Positions 10,704 to 24,526 are shown, numbered from the stretch's first letter. The stretch: 64,000 nucleotides of DNA from Octopus bimaculoides (GCF_001194135.2 NC_068990.1:16668588-16732587); one strand, 5' to 3'. The notes: generated from the letters alone by a model not told the origin. Translations and numbers: made by a program.

Positions 10704-12945
10704 ATCTGTGTGTATGTATATAAATCTATATTTCCATCCTACTCTAAGAAGCGGGAGAGTTTGTTCAATATTAAAGGTACATGAATGGACTTATTCCTCT
10801 CTCCTCTCACCAGTCAACTTTCTAAACCATAATTCTTGGCAACCAACAAGTGACAGATATCGCCATCGTCATACCACACACACACACACACACATGCAAA
10901 CGCGCCAATGTGCTCGCGTGCCCAGACATTCATCCATTAACTTGCATAAGCAAACATAGATGCTTACTCAAATGTTCTGGCATAAAAATCTGCGTGTACA
11001 CACCACAGGTAGAGAGGTAGCCTTTCACAAATGAGCATCCATTCGCGCGCCCGCGCACAGACACATACGTACATATATAAACTAAGAGAAACTCGAACTT
11101 TCCTAAATGTGCACGCGTACACGCACAATACCTTTATACTCAGAATGAATGACTATAAACAAAGCATTAACAGAAAAAGAACAAGTAAAACAAAACAAAA
11201 AATTGCACACGTGCACAGGAAGATTCAGCTCAGTTTATACACAGTACGTGTATATATACACACGCATATATATATATATATACTAGATGCTATTCACACA
11301 CCTGTGTGTATTTATGTAGAAGTATTATTCCCATTGTCTTGCAAATAAATACCTCTGATCTCGTGAAATAATGAAATAAACATGCATCTATCATATGTGA
11401 TACTACACACGCACGTGTGCCTGTTATAAAATGTCTTTCAGCTAGCTTTAACTACAATCCTATGTTGATTATTGGCTTCAGCCGTTTCCTTTTATTTGAA
11501 TTGTTAAAACTCTTTCGGAAAGGTATGAACTCTACAACTCATCATTTCATCTTGCTCGGAAATTTAAGGTCGCGTATCTAATTAAGAAACCAGTTTATTG
11601 CGTATGTTTGTGCGTGTATGATGATTGTACAGTGCGTGGGTATGTGTGTGTATGTATGTGTGTGTGTGGTTTTGTAGCAGACAGCTGCAAGTGGCACTCG
11701 AACACTCCACTCCTATAACAACGTCACTGCTATAGAACTAGCAGCAATTATGATTCAAGCTTCGGGCAAGAGAAGTCCACGACCCAGTTTCGATTCCTGC
11801 TGGTAGCCATTTTCATTGTTCTTTTCTTTTTCTATTACTATAATAATCTTATTAATGCTCTTGTATAAAAAGTGCGACCATCACAACATCTCATCTTCCT
11901 ACTTTCTCTATAAACCTAAAGCCTTATGTCCATCATCTAAGCCGACATCAATCATAATAATTACAGTGAACATTAATTGATGCTGCTGTAGCAGTAGAAA
12001 CAGCTGTTGCTGCTGCTATATGTAATCTTTTTAGCAGCAACAACAACGGTAACAAAAAAAACAACTGCAACAATTTCTCGCTTCGTCGTCCATTCAAAAG
12101 AAAATCATTGATTTTTGATAGCCAGTGCCAGTTAGATTTCTAGGGGTTTTAGGGACGCTTTTAATTCGAACTCATCGTTTGGCTTTTATGATCTTCTCAA
12201 CGAAATTATTGATGATGCAGTCATTTTAAGATGAAAGGGGATTTTGTGGTCATTGAGAATCGAAACCGGGATTCCTACTAAGGTTCAGCATTAGCTTACT
12301 GATTATTTCTTGCTCGAATTTTCAGCCCTTTTAAAAACTCGTAATATACTAATGTTGAACGGAAATCAAATTGTTGAGCAATGTGACGGTAAAAAAAAAT
12401 AATAATAACAAAAGAAAAACAGGGTGGTGGTGGTGGTGATGGAGTATTATTACACACTTTTACATAAAATATATTTTCTCTCTTTTCTTTATATTTCATC
12501 ACAGCTCTCATTCAAATGTGCACATTATGGAATTTCGTCTAGCCCACACACCGCCCGTCCGCTACTCGTCCCCCCCACACACACACATACAGGTGTGTGT
12601 GCTCTAAAGAACAAGGCTTGCATATACAAAGGTACTCTCTTAGAAGCAAAACTATTAACTCTGTGAAACTCACCTGATGTGCATGTGTATATTATTACAC
12701 ATACACGCACATACATATACACACGCGCGCAGGCTCGTGTGGAGAGGGGCTGTAGGTGGGCCATTTGGCGTGGGCAATTGTGAAAGACCCTTCCTTTGCT
12801 TGTCAAAAGTAAAGGGAAGGGCTCCTTTGGTAAAGACCCCCTCTTTTTTTTTCTATAAATTATTCTACTTTTATTTTGTTATTCATAAGTACATCATATA
12901 TATTACGTGTAGCGCGTGTGTGTGTGTGTATGTGTAGATAGATAA

Positions 12946-12982
<37 letters not shown>

Positions 12983-13120
12983 CACACACGCATGTACCTA
13001 TATATAAATCGTATGTATTTAACAAAGAGAAAATTCTGGAAGAGTAGTTCGCTTGAAACTAGACCTATATTTTACATCTGGCCTGGACCTATTATCTGAT
13101 TTGAACAGACTACACACACA

Positions 13121-13158
<38 letters not shown>

Positions 13159-13274
13159 AGATTATACAAAAAATAACAACAGACGAGGACAGGTGGTGTA
13201 AATAACAAAAGTATATATTAGTATGACGCTCGGGAATATATATATATATATATAAAGATATGTATACATGTGTG

Positions 13275-13520
13275 GAAGCATGTGGATTAGTGGTTGGGGT
13301 GTTGCATTCATGATCGTAAGGTTGGAGTTTTGATTCCAGGACCTGGTGATACGTTGTGTTCTTGAGCAAAACACTTCCTTTTACATTGCTCCAGTCCACC
13401 AAGCCGGCAAAAGCGAGTAATGCTGCGACGGACTGGTGTCTCGTTTAGTGGGGGGTATATATACGTCACAAAATCCGGGAAACCGGCCTTATGTGCCTAT
13501 GCTTCGGGAAGGGTCTTTGC
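13275..13520 (+). mobile_element. tRNA-derived CORE-type SINE
   Basis: A/B-box-like head, GTGTTCTTGAGCAAAACACTT core, GCTGCGACGGACTGG segment. Confidence 0.75.
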
Positions 13521-13904
13521 TCCATCTTTGGTACATGTGTGTGTGCGTAAGTACATATATATATGTGTGTGTGTGTGTGTGTGTAAGTACATATATATAT
13601 GTGTGTGCGTGTATGTGTGTGCGTATATATGTGTGTGTATATGTGTGTATATTATATTCACACACACCTTTGGGTCTATAGATCGGCGAAAGGCACTTAA
13701 TACATGGAGTTTATATGTTCAAAGTTAACGATTCATTCTCTGCATAGTTACTTCGAGTATGTTGTTTACTCAGGTGACACGCACTCACACATATGTACAC
13801 ACACGCACGCACACACACGCACATATGTACACACACACACGCACACGTTGAAGTAAAACATACACGCACAACAAAAAGGACAAGTTTTCATAAATGTGCT
13901 ATTA

Positions 13905-14200
13905 GTTTCACGTTTGTAAAAGAAAAGAGGCTTTGACGTTTCGAACAGAGTTCTTCATCAGAAAAAAAGTAAAAAGAGGAGGGTGGTGGAAATGAAGGAA
14001 GAGGAATAAAAGGGGGGTAAGGGGTTGGGTGGGAATGCAGTTTTATGGGGAGGAGTTCTGTGCATATAAAGCAGAGTAATTTTGTAGGGAGACGGGCATG
14101 GTGGTGGATATGAGCGTTGTTGGGTGCAGATGGTTGGCTTGGGGTGAGTGGAGTTGAGTGGGATGTGGATGTGAAGTTGAGGAGCAAGCGAGGAGGCAGG
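13905..14200 (-). mobile_element. Probable PLE 3' end / terminal repeat fragment
   Basis: Contains the CTGATGAAG...CGAAACGTC terminal-repeat signature. No intact ORF; 42920-43230 has a similar composition. Confidence 0.5.
13931..13965 (-). ncRNA. Minimal type I hammerhead ribozyme
   Basis: Minus strand UUUU-CUGAUGA-A-GAAC-UCU-GUUC-GAAAC-GUC-AAAG: core, 4-bp stem II, ACGU palindromic stem III, GUC triplet, U/A stem I. Confidence 0.65.
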
Positions 14201-14233
14201 AAAAGAACGTGTGTGTGTGTATGTGTGAATCTT

Positions 14234-14344
<111 letters not shown>

Positions 14345-15300
14345 ATAGTTGCTGTTCTGCAAAAGTGTTGTTAGTCCAAAACGTTGTTTTTTCAGAAATC
14401 AAAAAAATAGTTTCACCATTCCATTTCTTTTTACATTAGCAACAGTTTCAGCTTAACAATAATACTTTGTTGGTCACATAAAATCGTAACTCCATGCATG
14501 TATGATATTTTCATTCAGAAATATTTTTGCAAAACTGTTGCATGTGAGACTTATTACACTTTTGAAAAATGTTAAACAGTTGTACTACACTTTGACAATT
14601 TTCATATCTTGACATCTGAAGAAGCTGAAGATACGATAGTTTGACCAAAAGAACCGGCTATTGTAATCAAAATTAAATATTGAAAAAACAAAACAAAAAA
14701 AAAACGATACACCACACACACCTACTCATATAGATATGTGAATAGAAACTAATGAATTTAAGAAAACTATTATTTCAGACCAAACATGAACAGTCTTCTT
14801 GATTCATTTTTGTATAATGAATTTTTTGTTTCCGCAGTAATCCATCATATATCCAACCACCCAGTTCTCCCTTCCTTTCTCAGATACACAGGCCATGGAG
14901 ACTATAGGTACACACCCCTGTGTGTCTCACACGGCTATATAACCTGGTGGTGCCCTGTCACCCTTCAGGCTGCATTGATCCTTGGCTTGTCCATGAGAGA
15001 TTTCACTATCCTTTGACGAGTGCACCCTGCTTCATCCAGTTAACGGGTGGGTTGTACGACAGTTTCGATGTCAGTATATAATTGGATTCCTGGAGAATGC
15101 ATCAGCATTCTCTAGAATTACATTCATACACACACATACATCACTTTTATTTCTTGATATGATGGTTTGTTAATCACACATAAATTATGTATTTTTACAT
15201 ATGCAATTATATGGATGAGTTTGTATTTTAACTGTTGAAACAGCTGTAGAATTTAGTATGTAATTATGAAACGCCTGTGAAATCGTTGCCTTTTCACTAT

Positions 15301-15385
<85 letters not shown>

Positions 15386-16467
15386 CATAGATATATTTGA
15401 AAATGTTTAATACAAGCTTGGACAATGTGTTTCAAGCACAAATCCCCGAATAAGCTTAGGTATCTAAATGCATATTTTAAAGACTCAGAAATTTTATTTT
15501 CCTCGTCAGAATAAAAATATACATTAAGAAGGAAAAAAAAGCCCCCAAACGATTTCCCGTCCCCTTCCTCAACTCCCCACTGTCATTAATTTACTTTCTG
15601 AGAAGCACATTTTTTTTTTATTAGATATCGTTTTATTAGATATCTGCAATTGTTTTGCTACTTTAGTAACTTCGAAACTTTACGAATACAACTCTCTAGT
15701 CAGCTTTCAAATACAGAGACTTGTTTATGGTCAAATCTTAAATGTACTCCAACGATGACCATCACGTTTATTTTTCATAGAATACATGTGTCTATCGCCA
15801 ATGTTGACTTGTAAATATTTTAGCTTCTATGTTTAAACATTTTAATATTTTGTTGTGATTTTGATGTCGAAAGTGAAAATATAAAACTTCATTATATCCA
15901 ACATGTTCCCCTTTTAAAGACTTCAAGGTGTGATTTGAGAGAGATTTGGCTACCGTTTCTATAGTAAATCAAGCGACCACATAAAGGCTCCTTCGTTGTT
16001 ATCTCAACTATATGTTTGTATAGTTTCCTAAAACCCAGGTGGATAAAGGGTGTCGATAAAGTGGCTGAAGATTCTTTTTCGTATTCCCTTCATAATTCCC
16101 AACGAGAAAACCTTTATGTAGTCGATTGGCCTGTTAGAAGTAGAAAGAAGCTAAATCTCTTTCCTATCTCACAGTCTTAAAAAAAATTAGCAAAATGGAA
16201 ATGACACATTAAAAAACGTAGTCCTATATATGATATGCCCGGAAAAAAGATGTGATGTAGCTGGAATGTTTTTCATATGGATTAATTTAGTCAGAAATCT
16301 ATATAAAATGTCTATCCATGCATAATAACAAAACAGAACATATTAAATATATATTTCACATATACACACAGACGATAATGGCCCTGTGGTGGGGGGAAAG
16401 CATGATCGAGTGGTTAAGTAGTTCGTTTCGCAACCACGAGGTCTCGGGTTTGATGCTACAGCGTAAC

Positions 16468-16504
<37 letters not shown>

Positions 16505-16789
16505 NNNNNNNNNNNNNNNNNNNNNNNNNNNNNNNNNNNNNNNNNNNNNNNNNNNNNNNNNNNNNNNNNNNNNNNNNNNNNNNNNNNNNNNNNNNNNNNN
16601 NNNNNNNNNNNNNNNNGGTAGACAGGAACAGTGTGAAAGCCTGTCGAATAGACTCTACTCGTAACTCAAAAGCTCAGCCTTGTCACTGTGTCAAACTGAT
16701 TCTGCTTGGAGTGTTTCTGTTAGGGATCCAACAGTGATGCACATCGACTACTAGCACTCGGGGTCAAAATGATACTTTCGGAGCTGCCC

Positions 16790-17690
16790 CCTCTCACCTG
16801 TTAAGGTGTGACAGGTAGGAAGAAATCTTACTCCCTTCCACATCTGCACCTGGAGATGACTGCCTCCACTCTCTTCCTTCTCTCGCCAATCTTTTGCGCC
16901 GCCTCTGAGCTACAAATGTCCGTGAAATACCCAGCCACTTACATTATTAGTCAATGAGTTTATAATTTAGTTGATCAAGCATCTGGGAGCATTCACTCAT
17001 CATCGAAACCGATGGAGGATCCTTTTTTTGTTTTGTTTACTTGCCTTTAAACTGTAAGCCTGTACTTAACACTTCTCGCTCGTTATTTATTCACAAAATG
17101 TACACCTGTCAAACTGAATTTTGATTGATTTTAGTTTTTCTCTTCTTCCTTTTGTAACTTGTTGCGTTTTCAATTCTGTAAAATATAAATAATTAATTAA
17201 TGATCGATAACGACACTAGTCATTTAGTGTTATTATTTTTTGATTCCACGAACGTCATTTACAGTAACCCTCCCCCCAAATCACATAAATATATTTAATC
17301 GATACTGGCTTGATTTTGATTATCGAAGATGACTGTGCTGGAACTTTTTCGGAATATGTTAAAAGTTAAGAAATGACAATAATGAATAAAAGATTAAAAC
17401 GATGTTATTTTTGTCTTTGTAGTTTCGCGTACATCTAATGTACTAAATGTACATATATTCATGATAATGCAATGTGCTAACATTGTGATCCTTTAGGAAA
17501 TTTTTTTAATTTTACATTCTTTTACAATTCTGCGACAAGTAATCCTTGATGCTAATGTCTGTTCATAAAAATATTTGCCTCATCCTACAGCGACGATATT
17601 TTTAAGTTCATGGTGACGTAATCAAGGTAGAGAGATGGTAACGGATTCGAAGTTGACGATGATGAATTTGAGCTTGACGCTGGTAAGATT
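16790..17690. promoter_or_regulatory. Candidate promoter region at the edge of the CpG-depleted domain
   Basis: CpG-retaining; CCAAT at ~16885; outward-facing strong donors (minus CAG|GTGAGA near 16798, plus CTG|GTAAGA at 17682). Confidence 0.3.
17590..17682 (+). other. Candidate first or early exon (start uncertain)
   Basis: Strong donor CTG|GTAAGA at 17682/3; ATG at 17635 in frame to the donor (MVTDSKLTMMNLSLTL); CpG loss starts ~100 bp downstream. Confidence 0.3.
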
Positions 17691-18289
17691 GAAGTTGATA
17701 ACGTTGAATTTATCGAGTAACCCTGTAAGACGATTTTTATACGTCTATTGCTTACTTCATTGAAATGCAGTTCTTTCAAGTTATAACAATAGTTAAAATA
17801 TCAAATAATGAGTTACTTGAATCTTATGAGGAAGAAATATTTCATGAGGACCATTAAAATGGAACAACAATGTTCTGGAGAAAAATGTTGATAAGAGAGG
17901 CTACAGAACCATCATGAATTTTAACAACTTATCAGAGGGGTAGCCATTTTTAATTGATAAAGATCCTCAAAGACAAGATTATTCTGGTAAAATATTTCCC
18001 TTTGGACAAAGTAAACAGGCTAAAAACGAGGGGACTCAACTGCTACAAGGAATTAAATCAACTTAAGACAAATAAATAATGTGTAACAACAATCGTTGGA
18101 CATATTCTTTAAGTAAATAATTATTTCATTGACACTGCTGGAAATAGGTATGAGAAACTATGGGTATGATCAGAAAGGTGGGGACTAGATGCTGTTAGCT
18201 GCCCACCTCAGTGAGCTGAAAAGTAGGGAAATCACCATTTCTTTCTATACTATCCCTTTTTCATTTCCATCAATGCTAGTTGATTTTTA

Positions 18290-18530
18290 TTAAACATAAG
18301 TGTATTTATAGTCTCTTCAACTTCCTTCTGAAGAATTGGAGTATCCCCAAGTTCTTTGTTGTTGTTGTTGGAATTGTCTAGAATGTTGCTGTCATGTTTG
18401 AGTTTGTGATTGTAAAGATCTTTGCAATGTTCAGACCATCTTTTGTTGACATCATTCTCATTGGTGAGGTGCAGGCCTGTTTTGTCCTCAATGATAGTGG
18501 TGGTATGTTTCTTTGTTTTCGTATGCATGA
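18290..18530 (-). mobile_element. RTE-clade LINE ORF fragment (endonuclease-RT linker)
   Basis: IEDKTGLHLTNENDVNKRWSEHCKDLYN...PILQKEVEETI matches the RTE I.DK.G..LT....I..RW.EY...LY...P.L..EVE.AI pattern. Confidence 0.8.
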
Positions 18531-18764
18531 CAGATAACAGAGACCATCAGTGATGGTTAACTATTAAAGCATCTAAAGTGGCACTCCAATGACTGGATGC
18601 ATCAGTTAAGAGATCTTGATGATGATCACCATGTATTTATATAATTTGTTGTTTAATTCTGGAATAGTTTTGAGTCTTTTTTTTAAAGTTTGTTGATGTT
18701 TTGAGGACTAGGAATATATTGTAGGAACATGCCATTGGAATGTAATTCTTGTTTACTCATTAAA

Positions 18765-19040
18765 GAGGCACTCCGTTGGGTAAGACGATGAGGGTTCCAG
18801 TTGATTCAATCAATGGAACAGCTTGCTCATGAAATTAATGTGCAAGTGGCTGAGCACCCCACAGACACACATACCCTTAAAATAGTTCACTGGGAACTTC
18901 AGCATGACACAAAATGTGACAAGGCTGGCCCTTTTGAAATACAGGTACTTTTCATTTTTGCTAACTGAGTGGACTGGAGCAATGTGAAATAAAGTGTCTT
19001 GCTCAAGGACACAACGCATTGCTGGGAATTGAACTAAAAT
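18765..19040 (-). mobile_element. SINE family C
   Basis: Same body as 3298-3490, with CpGs decayed. Confidence 0.85.
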
Positions 19041-19809
19041 AAAGTACCAATCAAGTACTGCAATCAGTGATATCAACTAACCCTTTCCCATCAAAATTCC
19101 TTGCCTTGTGCCTATATTAGAAACTATTATTCAACCTATAGGATAATTGGGTTTGCTTTATGTTGTTTCACTTCTCAAGAACCTATCCACAATGATAAGT
19201 GATTTCTGTTTGGACAATGGCAGTTAGTCAACTAAGCTCATACATCTGTACCTACTTTGTTTATATTCTCTTCTTTCTATTCTCTTCTGATTACAAATAC
19301 AATGTATATTTGACCTTCTACACCTGAGAGACTAATCTCTATTTTTCACAGACAACTTACTGGTTCCCAAAGTGCAATTCATGGTCGGGATTGTTTTTAT
19401 TTTGCTTGAAATAAAAATAAAAGAATCATTGCTTTGCACTTTGATACTTAAATTAAATGTCACTCCCCAATCTCCTCTCCAGGGCTTTTACCAGGACTTG
19501 GACACTGTTGTAGCAGCATGCTTTTCACTGGACTAAATATAAGCTAAACAAGGTAACCTATATGCAATCACTCGATTGGTTACAAATAGCAAGCAAATAA
19601 ATTTTCCTCATATGCTTTAGCACTGCATTTCCCATGAGAAATAGTGATACATATGCTAATTATATGCAAAAACATTTTTAGTCATCTTTATACTTAACTC
19701 TATAATTTTAATTATACACACATGTTATTATCCCTAGGGTAGGGGAATCCTAGCATCCGTTGGTAGTAAGGTGATCCTTTGTGGGGTGGGGGGAGAAATT
19801 ATCTCTTCA

Positions 19810-21640
19810 TTGGAGATCTATAGGAGATTCTGGTCTAAACAGAAATTTCATCTTTGTTTAGATGAAATTTTTAAAAACCTCCTTTGTGGCATCTGATGGA
19901 TTTAGCACTGTCAAACCTCTCAGAGACAGTTTTATGATTTGTTTAGTCTCTTAGTCAGGGTTGAAAGCAATGCTCATGAGCTGTTACAGGTTCTCCAAGG
20001 CTGATAGGAGGAAGAAAGAGGAAGGTATCTGCAAGACTAGAAGCCTGACCTGAATGCTTATGACTGAGTGAACTCAGAAGAATTTTATAAGCTTTTGGTT
20101 TAGAACAAAAAATGTTAATACTATCAATAATTAAGTAAAGAAACTGCTTCAATACATGGAGGCCTAGTGGTTAGAGTAGCGGACTTGCAGTCAAGGGATC
20201 GCAGGTTCGAATCTCAGACCGGGCGATGTGTGTGTTTATGAGCAAAACACCTTAGCTCCATGTGGATCTGGCAGAAGGTAATAGTAAACTTCTGCTGACT
20301 CTTTCACCACAATTTTCTCTCACTCTTTCCTCCTGCATCTAGCAGCTCACCTGTGACAGACCAGCATCCCATCCGGGTGGGGAACCTATATACCTACGAA
20401 ACCAGGAAACTGGCCCTTATGAGCCAGGCATGGCTCGAGAAGGAACAAACAGCTGCTTTCAATACAGCACTCTGCTGGGTCTGTGCCACCCACATTCAAT
20501 GCATGGTATCTACATAATGAGAAAATAGAAAAGGGATTTTCTTTAAGTCTTAACTTCCCGTATGATACAATACAATACAGAACTGCATTGATCAGCTGGT
20601 CCTGAAATGCATGGCATCACACAAATCATACTAACTTTATTCTCTGTCATTTTGAAAGAAGTCAAGAACTCTCTAATGTAAGGTAGAAAAGTCCTAATTC
20701 CTTCCCCGATCATTCATTTCTGTTCTGTGACACTTCTGGGCTTCTCACTTGAAAAAATTTTCAACAAGATGTTTAGAGTTAAGCCTATAATTCTTTGTAC
20801 CCTCATTGTAAATAGCAGCCACATTGCCATACTTTTGTCCCCCTACAATCTTCCAAAAGAATGCTATTTTTATTTGTATTTCCTTTGTCAGGTTTGCAAT
20901 GTTAGAACCCATTTTCTCAAAAGATAGAATTTTTCTCTTTGACTCTTAAACTCATAATCTATACTTTGAAGATAATGTCTAATAAATGTTGCCTGTTTGA
21001 TATGTGAGGAATCAGGTATTGTATCGACTATTATTGAATGCTCTTTTGTCTTTGATCTCTTAGAAAGTGTGTTTCAAAATGATATCAGACTAAAGAGAAA
21101 TAAATTAATTTTCTGATTCAGCTGACAAATAATGTGCTAGCAATCTTCCTCCATTTTTACTGGCTTTCATTGACCTTCCTGCCATAAGTTTCAAGTATGG
21201 GAGCCCATCAAGTCAAAAGTTCATTCAGCCTAAGGAATTTTTGTGAATATAGCCAATGATATGAGCAGCACCAGAATATGTAAATAATCCCTTTCACCCA
21301 AATATGAAATAATGTCGATTAACCAGTGTAAAATATTAATCCATTTGGCCTACAATGCTACAGTTTGTTTATGCAGAAAATATTCCATGCTTCTGTTTGA
21401 ATGAATTCTTTATTTGAATGTTCTCTGTGACACATAATTCAATTTATGTTGTTTGCTGTGTTCATGCTCAGGAATTTTGTGAAATTATTTTTACCGTTTT
21501 TTCTTCTATGGTAGACCATCTATTCTCTCTTGTCATAGTTTGATTTATTGGTTCAGCTTTTGCAAAGAGTCAATATAGTGAACAAAATATGGTTTGTATC
21601 TTGACACTCCACATCAACCAACCTCTCTTAGATATTTCAT
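19810..21640 (-). pseudogene. Degenerate hAT transposase (ZMYM1-like; TTF zinc finger + DUF4371 + catalytic core)
   Basis: Minus-strand peptides in expected order despite stops and frameshifts: RGWLMWS..IFC; KIPEHEHSKQH; KWINILHWLIDIISYLGER; RLLAHYLSAESEN*FIS; SIIVDTIPDSSHIKQ; EKMGSNIA; LEDCRGQKYGN; ENPFSIFSLCRYHALNVGGTDPAECCIEA. Confidence 0.85.
20156..20452 (+). mobile_element. tRNA-derived SINE inserted in the hAT fossil
   Basis: Head GGCCTAGTGGTTAG...GGTTCGAATCTC; TSD CTGCTTCAATAC (20144-20155) / CTGCTTTCAATAC (20453-20465). Confidence 0.9.
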
Positions 21641-21779
21641 AGACTAAGCGAGAGAGAGAGAGAGAAAGGGAAAAACTGAGTGTTTGCAAACAATAATGAA
21701 AGTAAATAGATCAAGCAGTTTTGTGGGGGGGAAAAGGGTAAAAGTGACAGAGAGGAAATGAGTATGACAGAGAGAAGAA

Positions 21780-21910
21780 ATGGCTCTGATATAATTGAAT
21801 CTTATAAAATTCTTATTGGAAAGGATTACATTAATAAGGATATATATTTTTTAGCCTGGTATTAAATATTGGATTGATGAGGGGACATTCTGTGAAAGAT
21901 AAAATACTTT
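21780..21910 (+). mobile_element. CR1/L2-clade LINE ORF2 C-terminal fragment
   Basis: DIIESYKILIGKD...MRGHSVK matches the CR1 D.IE.YKIL.G...TRGH..K motif. Confidence 0.65.
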
Positions 21911-22163
21911 GTGTAGGGTCCTTCCACCCGTAACTGTTAATGTGCAGCCACTAATAGGATGTGTGAGACGAGTGACTGGTTGATAGGAGAAAGAGATAGA
22001 GAGAGAGAGAGAGAAAGTGTAGTCAATAAATCAAGGAGATCAGTGGGAAAAATATTGCGAGAAAGAAGATGGTAGATAAGAAATGGTACTGAGGGGTGAC
22101 TAGAGTGCTGGTGGTGGTGAAAAAACTCCCTCTATGTATTATTGTGTTTTAGTGTCAGTATTT

Positions 22164-22220
<57 letters not shown>

Positions 22221-23734
22221 CACATATTCACACATTACTCAACACTTTCAAAAACAATTATATTATATATATATGCACACAATATATATATACCACAAAA
22301 TTTTATCTGTCTGTCTGTCTATCTGTCTGCATGTCTGTCTGTTCATCCATCCATCTCACCATCTGTTTGTTCATCCATCCATCCATATACAAAAGGGCAT
22401 AGCTATGGTAAATGGCACCCAGGGCAAGCATCAAAATTGCCCCCCCCCCCCCCNNNNNNNNNNNNNNNNNNCTTAATTAGAAAATGATCTTGGCTGAAAT
22501 GACCCTAACCCTAACCCAGAGCTTGTGCCCTGCTTGCCCAACCCAGAGCTTGTGCCCTGCTTGCCATATTCACTGACAAGGTTTTGGTTGGCCTGGGAGT
22601 CTAACAGAAGAAATTTGCCAAAAATGCTATGCAGCAAGACAACTCAAAGACCATAGGGTTGGCTAGTGAACTTCTTAGCCGTACAGTCATACCTGCACCA
22701 TGTCCAACAGTACAAATTATGAAAAATACAAATGTGTGTGTGTGCGTGTATAAGTATGCATGTATGTGTATATACAGATGTATGTATATATCTTAAATCT
22801 AATCTGTAAACAAATATGAAAAATCCTCATCTCTTAAATATAGAACTGAAATATGAAAAATGTTTAAAAAGTCAAATGAACTCGTCCATGGAAGGAGTTC
22901 AATGCATAATTTTCCAGATATTGTTAGGAAAACAAAATAAAGGAATTTGACCAGTTCTATATCCCTTCCCCTTAAATCCTGTATTTTTACTTACTACTAT
23001 TACTGCTACTACTGTTCGCAGCAGTTTTCTTTCCTTACATACTTTTTCTATTCAGTTATGCTGGGACCCACCTTTTGCTTCATTCATAATGTGTATCCAG
23101 GAAACTCAATGGTTTCATGTGATTAATACACTACACTATGTCCCACCTGGGTTGTGGGAAGGTTTTGCTCTCTTTTGTGTACTCTTGTACTTTTAAGTAC
23201 TCTTTAGTGTTAGCAGTTAATTATATACACACACATGCACATGTACATATGTCTCTGTGTATGAGTTTCTGCATGGTATGCTTTTGTGTGTGTGTGTGTG
23301 TGTGTGCGTTATATCCTGTACTGGTGCCATGTAAACAGCACCTGAGGTGGTGCCACATATTAAACACCCAGTACACCCTGTGAAGTGGTTGGCATTAAAA
23401 AGGGCATCCAGCCATAGAAACTATGCCAAAACAGACAACTGGAATCTGGTGCACCTCTCCAGCTGGCCACCTCTTATTAAAATTGTCCAATTAATGCCAG
23501 CATAGAAAACAGACATTTAATGATGATAATATGTGTGTGTGTTGTAGGTGGAGGCATGGCTGTAATTAAGAAGTTCAATTCCAGTCCTACTGTGTGGCAC
23601 CTTGGGCAAGTGTCTTCTACTATAACTGCAAGCCAACAAAAGCCTTGTCATATATACCATCATCATCATCATCATCATCATCATCTTTTAATGTCCATGT
23701 TCCATGTTGGCATGGGTTAGATGATTCAACAAAA

Positions 23735-24118
23735 ACTGACTGTAAAATAACTTTGTCATTAATAAGCTGACTTTTGGAACATAAATTAGCATGGAACTTT
23801 GATGGGAGGTTTTAGTTCAGATCACTTTAAAAAGTAAGTTTTTATCATTGAACTAGGGATGTTCCCAGGTGGGTTGGTATCAAAACAGTTGGCCCTTTTG
23901 TTACTATATTTTAGTTGAAATATGCTGTCTTTATTTCAATCAATTTTGAAAATTACACTGAATTTAATAAAATAACTTTATCGTTATTAAGCTGGCATTT
24001 GAAACATAAATTAACATGAAGTTTTGATGGAAGGTTTTCATTTAGATCACTTTAAAACAGGAAGTTTGTATTCTAGAACCTAGGATGGTCTCAAGTGGGT
24101 CGATATCAAAAGGGTTAA
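23735..24118. mobile_element. piggyBac-like MITE right ends (two, tandem)
   Basis: Ends AAAGGGTTAA; body shared with 28190-28380, 47380-47482, 47620-47780 and 49715-49820. Confidence 0.65.
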
Positions 24119-24483
24119 ATGTCTGGGGCTGGAGATGGGGTGGAGGGAGCACAGTGTGGAGCTGCTATCAGAAATATGAACCAGTCACATATTACTAAAT
24201 GGGTACCATACTGTCTAAGCCAACATGCTGTTCTCTCAGCCTGACATCCTCCTTAGATGAGTGGACACCCAGCTCTCTCATCTTCCACCCTCTGTCACAG
24301 TAGACAGCCTGTTATGATGGGTGGTATAGTAAAAGACAAAGATTAATAAAGATTATCCTAGACATTCACATATGATTAATATATTATCATCATTAAGATC
24401 TGCACTGATCTTTATGTTGTTGCCATGGTTTTTATCTCTTGTCAGTCATCACTTCCACCCTTAATATGCAACTGAGACAGTGC

Positions 24484-24526
<43 letters not shown>

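Noticed and set aside
14610-14660. CUGAAGA followed by a short hairpin
   Set aside because: No GAAA after the hairpin.
15050-15125. Gypsy RNase H-like ENADAFSRNP on the minus strand
   Set aside because: Single short motif with stops on either side and no other LTR-element domain nearby.
22513-22565. 27-bp tandem duplication next to short CCCTAA repeats
   Set aside because: Only two copies, next to a gap; could be local slippage or an assembly effect.
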